A DNA stretch of 64,000 nt from a plasmid. A model generated the notes under the pieces. The model made no database searches. It had not been told where the DNA came from and saw nothing but the letters and a program-made list of their open reading frames with translations. This document shows, in pieces, positions 60,473-64,000 of this stretch; positions within the stretch are counted from its first letter, which is position 1; each line of letters begins with the position of its first letter. The stretch is from sequence record NZ_CP020429.2; one strand, written 5' to 3'. A program made the position numbers and the translations under genes.

Positions 60473-61351
60473 ATGAAATTGGGAATTTTACTAGCTTCAA
60501 GATTGAAGGAAAGACGAAAAGCACTAAAAATGTCTCAAAAGGAACTTGCTGAGGGGATTTGCAAACAAGGACAGATTAGTCGTATAGAGAATGGGGAGTA
60601 TACTCCAGGATCAGAATTGTTATATGCACTTTCGAGAAAACTTAGAGTAAGTATGGATTATTTTTTTGATGAACAAGTTCAAGATGAGAAAAACGAGCTC
60701 GAAAATTTTAGATTAGTAGCTGAAAACTTCATTTCACAACGAGACTATTCATCGTTAAAGTACCTATATAATTTAGAAAGCAAATCATCAAGTCATTTAT
60801 CTTTATCAGATAAGATGTATTTAGAGTGGATTCAAACTCTTGTTTTATTTTACTGTGATAATAATAAGTTAGAAGCTGTAAGTAAACTAGAAAAGCTAAT
60901 AAAAGAAAAAAATATCTCAGAAATAAACTATCTTAGGTTTTCAAATACATTATTTAACTTTTACTATGATATTGATGATTTAAATCAATTCAATGAGATA
61001 CGAGATAATCTAGAGAAGCGTGTAAATAACTTAATAATACATACAATTGAAGAGTTGGAGTTGTCTATAAAGTTTAATTACAATATCAGTCGTTATCTTT
61101 GGTTGCAAAATAATGTTGAAGATGCTATAAATAAAATAAGTGAAACAATTCGGATTTGTAAAAGATATAGATCAAATTATCTTTTGGCAGACTTGTATTT
61201 ATTGCTTGGAAATGCTAGTGCAAGCTTTGGTAATATAGATGAAGTCAGAGATTACTATACTAAGGCTAAATTTCTTTATAACCTAGATGGTAACCAAGAG
61301 ATGTCTCTAAAAGTAGAACATTATTTAGCAGAAAAGTTAATGTCAAACTAA
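60473..61351 (+). CDS. Rgg/PlcR-type (RNPP) transcriptional regulator
   Basis: N-terminal XRE HTH (LKERRKALKMSQKELAEGICKQGQISRIENGEYTP) plus a TPR-like C-terminal domain. Confidence 0.75.
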   Translation: MKLGILLASRLKERRKALKMSQKELAEGICKQGQISRIENGEYTPGSELLYALSRKLRVSMDYFFDEQVQDEKNELENFRLVAENFISQRDYSSLKYLYNLESKSSSHLSLSDKMYLEWIQTLVLFYCDNNKLEAVSKLEKLIKEKNISEINYLRFSNTLFNFYYDIDDLNQFNEIRDNLEKRVNNLIIHTIEELELSIKFNYNISRYLWLQNNVEDAINKISETIRICKRYRSNYLLADLYLLLGNASASFGNIDEVRDYYTKAKFLYNLDGNQEMSLKVEHYLAEKLMSN

Positions 61352-61387
61352 CTGTTTAGTTTGATATTTTGAGACTTGTTTTTCTTT

Positions 61388-61422
61388 AACAGTTAGAATG
61401 AGGTATTCTAACTGTTTTTTTA
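61388..61422 (+). terminator. rho-independent terminator
   Basis: 12-bp stem (aacagttagaat / attctaactgtt) followed by T7. Confidence 0.7.
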
Positions 61423-61444
61423 TTAGCTAAATTAGGATAATAAA

Positions 61445-62377
61445 TTATAGATATAAATTTCCAATAAATACAAAATAGGTATTGTTTATTAAATAGAAAA
61501 GTGATATTACTCTAAGTAATTCATTCGTGTTCTCATTGGTTCCTCGTTGCCATGGAGCATGAGGGTCAGGAAAATAGACTTCAATGTTCAATTGATCGCT
61601 CAATTTCTGATGATAGGTGAATTCTTTCCCTCTATCAGGAGTTACTGTATACTTCGTCAAGGGTTCTGACATTTTTACCATAGCTTCTATTACCAACTTG
61701 CTTTTCTTGACAGCTACCTTCTGGATTTTTAGAAAACGAGAATAATGGTCAGTTAGAGTCACTAAACAAGCTTTTCCAGTTTTACCTGCAACGGTATCGG
61801 CTTCCCAATCTCCTATTCTAGTTCGGTTATTAGCATTTTCTGGTCTTTCGTGAATCGTATGAGAAATAGAAATTCTCCCTCTATTTTCGACATAACCTTT
61901 TGTATGACGTGTTTTTCCACGATGACGGAGCTTACGAATGACACCACGAGCACCATGAGATAGTGAGTTATCATCAAAATGACCTCTGTAAATGGCTCTA
62001 TAGATTGTTTGATAACTAATAACAGTTTTTCCATACTCTAATCGCAACCGACCTTCTATTTTTTCAGGAGACCATTGGTAATCGAGAAATAGATGTTTGA
62101 CGGTATTGCTTAAATTGTGATCTATTTCAAACATCCGTTTCCGCCCACAGTGTGATTTAGCCCTATGGTAAGACTCCTGTGCATGACTTGGAGAAAAGCT
62201 TCCTTCTTTTAGATGTCGCTTCCACTCACGACTAATACTAGATGGATGACGATGAAGTAACTTAGCAATTTGAGAAAAATTTAGGCCTTGCGTACGGTAA
62301 ATGAGAATACTTTCACGCTCGTCTATGGTAAAATGATGGTAGCTCATAAGATTTCCTTTCGTAACTAGTTCGTTCAA
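61445..62377 (-). mobile_element. IS30-family transposase gene, 3'-truncated and diverged
   Basis: N-terminal HTH, DDE region with IGDWEADTV and PWQRGTNENTNELLR. The protein then ends in 21 unrelated residues where IS30 transposases continue ~45 aa. Confidence 0.75.
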
Positions 62378-62477
62378 TTCTATTTTACTAGAAAATCTTA
62401 TGAGTTTTTATTGTGCACCTATATTGTATATTCAAGATAGTAAAGATATTATTTCTTACAAAAATACAAAAAGTGTA

Positions 62478-62507
62478 TTGACAAAAATAAAAAAAACTGT
62501 ATATAAT
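62478..62507 (+). promoter_or_regulatory. sigma-70-type promoter (TTGACA-N18-TATAAT) for the bacteriocin gene
   Basis: Consensus -35 and -10 hexamers about 115 nt upstream of the ATG. Confidence 0.55.
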
Positions 62508-62624
62508 AACGTTAAAAGTAAGCGCTTACTTAATGTAACAGTTGACTTCTGAAGGTTTAGAAATGTTATGCATAGTTTATGTCATTTTATTTCCTTCATC
62601 GCAATTACTTTAAGGAGAATACTT

Positions 62625-62921
62625 ATGAGAAAAAATATGAAATCGTTAATGGTTTTGGCTCTTGCTGTGACTTCTTTTGGAACTTTGTCTGGAGTTGCTG
62701 CAGCTACGCAGTATCCAGGTGGTGGTGTTTGGACTTACGGGGCTTCTAACGGTGGTGCTTTTTCGAATTACTATCATGGTTCGAAATATCATAGTTCAAC
62801 TGTAGTTAGTCGTTGGACCTCTAAATCTAGTAAGGCCTATGCTTATGCCGGTCAGACTTCGTATGCTTTTATTAAAACGTCTTTTGGCGAGCAGGCTGCC
62901 TTTTACTATAACTATAATTAA
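62625..62921 (+). CDS. lactococcin 972-family bacteriocin precursor (Sec signal plus ~70-aa mature peptide)
   Basis: RBS AAGGAG 7 nt upstream. SNYYHGSKYHSSTVV and AAFYYNYN match Lcn972 SNYHHGSKTHSATVV and ASFYYNFW (from memory). Confidence 0.8.
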   Translation: MRKNMKSLMVLALAVTSFGTLSGVAAATQYPGGGVWTYGASNGGAFSNYYHGSKYHSSTVVSRWTSKSSKAYAYAGQTSYAFIKTSFGEQAAFYYNYN

Positions 62922-63050
62922 TTAAGTAACGGTGACTAGGTTGAATGTAATATGTCAACCTAGTTTTTGTTTCCTTGTAATAGTTCCATTTTCGACCGTG
63001 AATTTTATTTCAATACAAAGATATATAATTGTTCCGTTTAGGAGGTTTGT

Positions 63051-64000
63051 ATGAAACGTGTTTTTATATTCATCTCGACTATCCTGTTTTCTTGCTACTT
63101 AGTCACAATGATTGTTCAACAAAATCAGCAACTATCTTTTTCGAGTTATAATGCTGTAGATGTGACTGGTCAGGCTTTGACTGATCATAAGGTATCTAAT
63201 CGTAAGGAAGTAACAGATGCTTTAACTAATTTAGCTGATGAGCATAATAGCTTAATTGCTAGACGGATTGTTCAACCAAATGAAAAGGGTGAAATAGATT
63301 TTCGTTATCAGTTTTACGGACACGTTTCTCCACCTTCTAATTTAAAAAGGGCTTCTCAGGAGAGTGCTGAAGGCAGTGATATAGTTAGTAACTATCTAAT
63401 TGTCTCAGGTGATTTAAAGGGAGCAGAACTTATCTCGACATTCAGTCAGCTTGGCTATAATGCGGTTGATTTTTCTTCTTATTCAATACTGTCTTTACTT
63501 TTAACAATATTATTGAATGAGGTTTCACTTATTAGTTTCGCATTATTTCTGTTGACCTTTGCTTCACTAGTGTTGATTTACCGAATAAAGGATTTAAGGG
63601 ATGCGGGAATCAAGCTTGTTTCGGGGCAAAGCATGATGAAAGTAATGTTATCATCATTTATCGTTGATGCTAGGCAGTTATTGATTGCATATTGTTTATC
63701 TATTCTTATTGGGGGAGTAGGTTTGTGGCATTTTCGGATTTTGCAATCTTTGCCTATATTACTTTATTTTACAGGAGTAACTTTATATTTTTTTGCACTA
63801 TGTTTTATTTCTCTTGGGTTAAGTTTAATATATCTACTAGGGTTAAAAGCAACTTCTTTAGTTGAAGTTATGAGAGGGCGCCTCCCCTTAAGAAGACTTC
63901 TAGGAGTGATGTTCTTAGGACAATTCGTTGCAATTGTAGTTGTTGGTATTACTGTAGGTACGTTGTTGAATAGTTATCAAGATTTTGTGCAATTAAATAG
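63051..64000 (+). CDS. bacteriocin-associated integral membrane protein (Lcn972 operon orf2-like immunity/transport), 3' partial at the window end
   Basis: RBS AGGAGG. N-terminal TM, a ~150-aa extracellular domain, then multiple TM helices. Open to the window end. Confidence 0.7.
   Translation, partial: MKRVFIFISTILFSCYLVTMIVQQNQQLSFSSYNAVDVTGQALTDHKVSNRKEVTDALTNLADEHNSLIARRIVQPNEKGEIDFRYQFYGHVSPPSNLKRASQESAEGSDIVSNYLIVSGDLKGAELISTFSQLGYNAVDFSSYSILSLLLTILLNEVSLISFALFLLTFASLVLIYRIKDLRDAGIKLVSGQSMMKVMLSSFIVDARQLLIAYCLSILIGGVGLWHFRILQSLPILLYFTGVTLYFFALCFISLGLSLIYLLGLKATSLVEVMRGRLPLRRLLGVMFLGQFVAIVVVGITVGTLLNSYQDFVQLN

Noticed and set aside
1-64000. CRISPR arrays, tRNA and rRNA genes
   Set aside because: No regularly spaced short direct repeats or cloverleaf-like conserved tRNA sequence was seen, and the intergenic GC content is uniformly low.

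Overview
AT-rich Firmicutes DNA, most likely a Streptococcus accessory region. The organism call is inferred from YSIRK signal peptides, Rgg-type regulators, GBS Bsp-like/SH3b wall-binding repeats, a BOX-like intergenic repeat and a streptin-like lantibiotic leader. The window is a mosaic of peptide-related modules. (1) 0.5-6.3 kb: two paralogous Cys/Trp-rich small peptide genes, a BceAB-type ABC transporter and a multi-TM histidine kinase with a NarL-type regulator. (2) 6.5-21 kb: loose accessory genes (APH-family kinase, GNATs, ASCH protein), three genes inactivated by an in-frame stop or a frameshift, a HigBA-like toxin-antitoxin flanked by 200-bp direct repeats, and an Agr-like LytTR two-component system plus ABC-2 transporter cassette flanked by ~40-bp direct repeats, with a duplicated small gene module. 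There is also a candidate sRNA with three identical hairpin loops. (3) 21.9-60 kb: a decayed conjugative-element-like region. Type IV secretion genes (VirB2-like pilin, VirB6-like, VirB4-like ATPase with apparently degenerate Walker motifs, M23 cell-wall hydrolase, Clp-like ATPase) are split into two blocks by ~23 kb of cargo. The cargo holds IS3-family end remnants, a LysE exporter with a methyltransferase, an Rgg regulator, two large YSIRK surface proteins (one with a CHAP domain), a class I Fic toxin-antitoxin pair, and a class I lantibiotic locus (lanRK-[lanA remnant]-lanT'-lanC-lanB-lanFEG) whose precursor gene looks deleted and whose lanT is N-terminally truncated. (4) 60-64 kb: an Rgg-type regulator, a 3'-truncated IS30 transposase, and a lactococcin 972-family bacteriocin with its membrane immunity/transport protein, which runs off the window. 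No rRNA, tRNA or CRISPR was seen.
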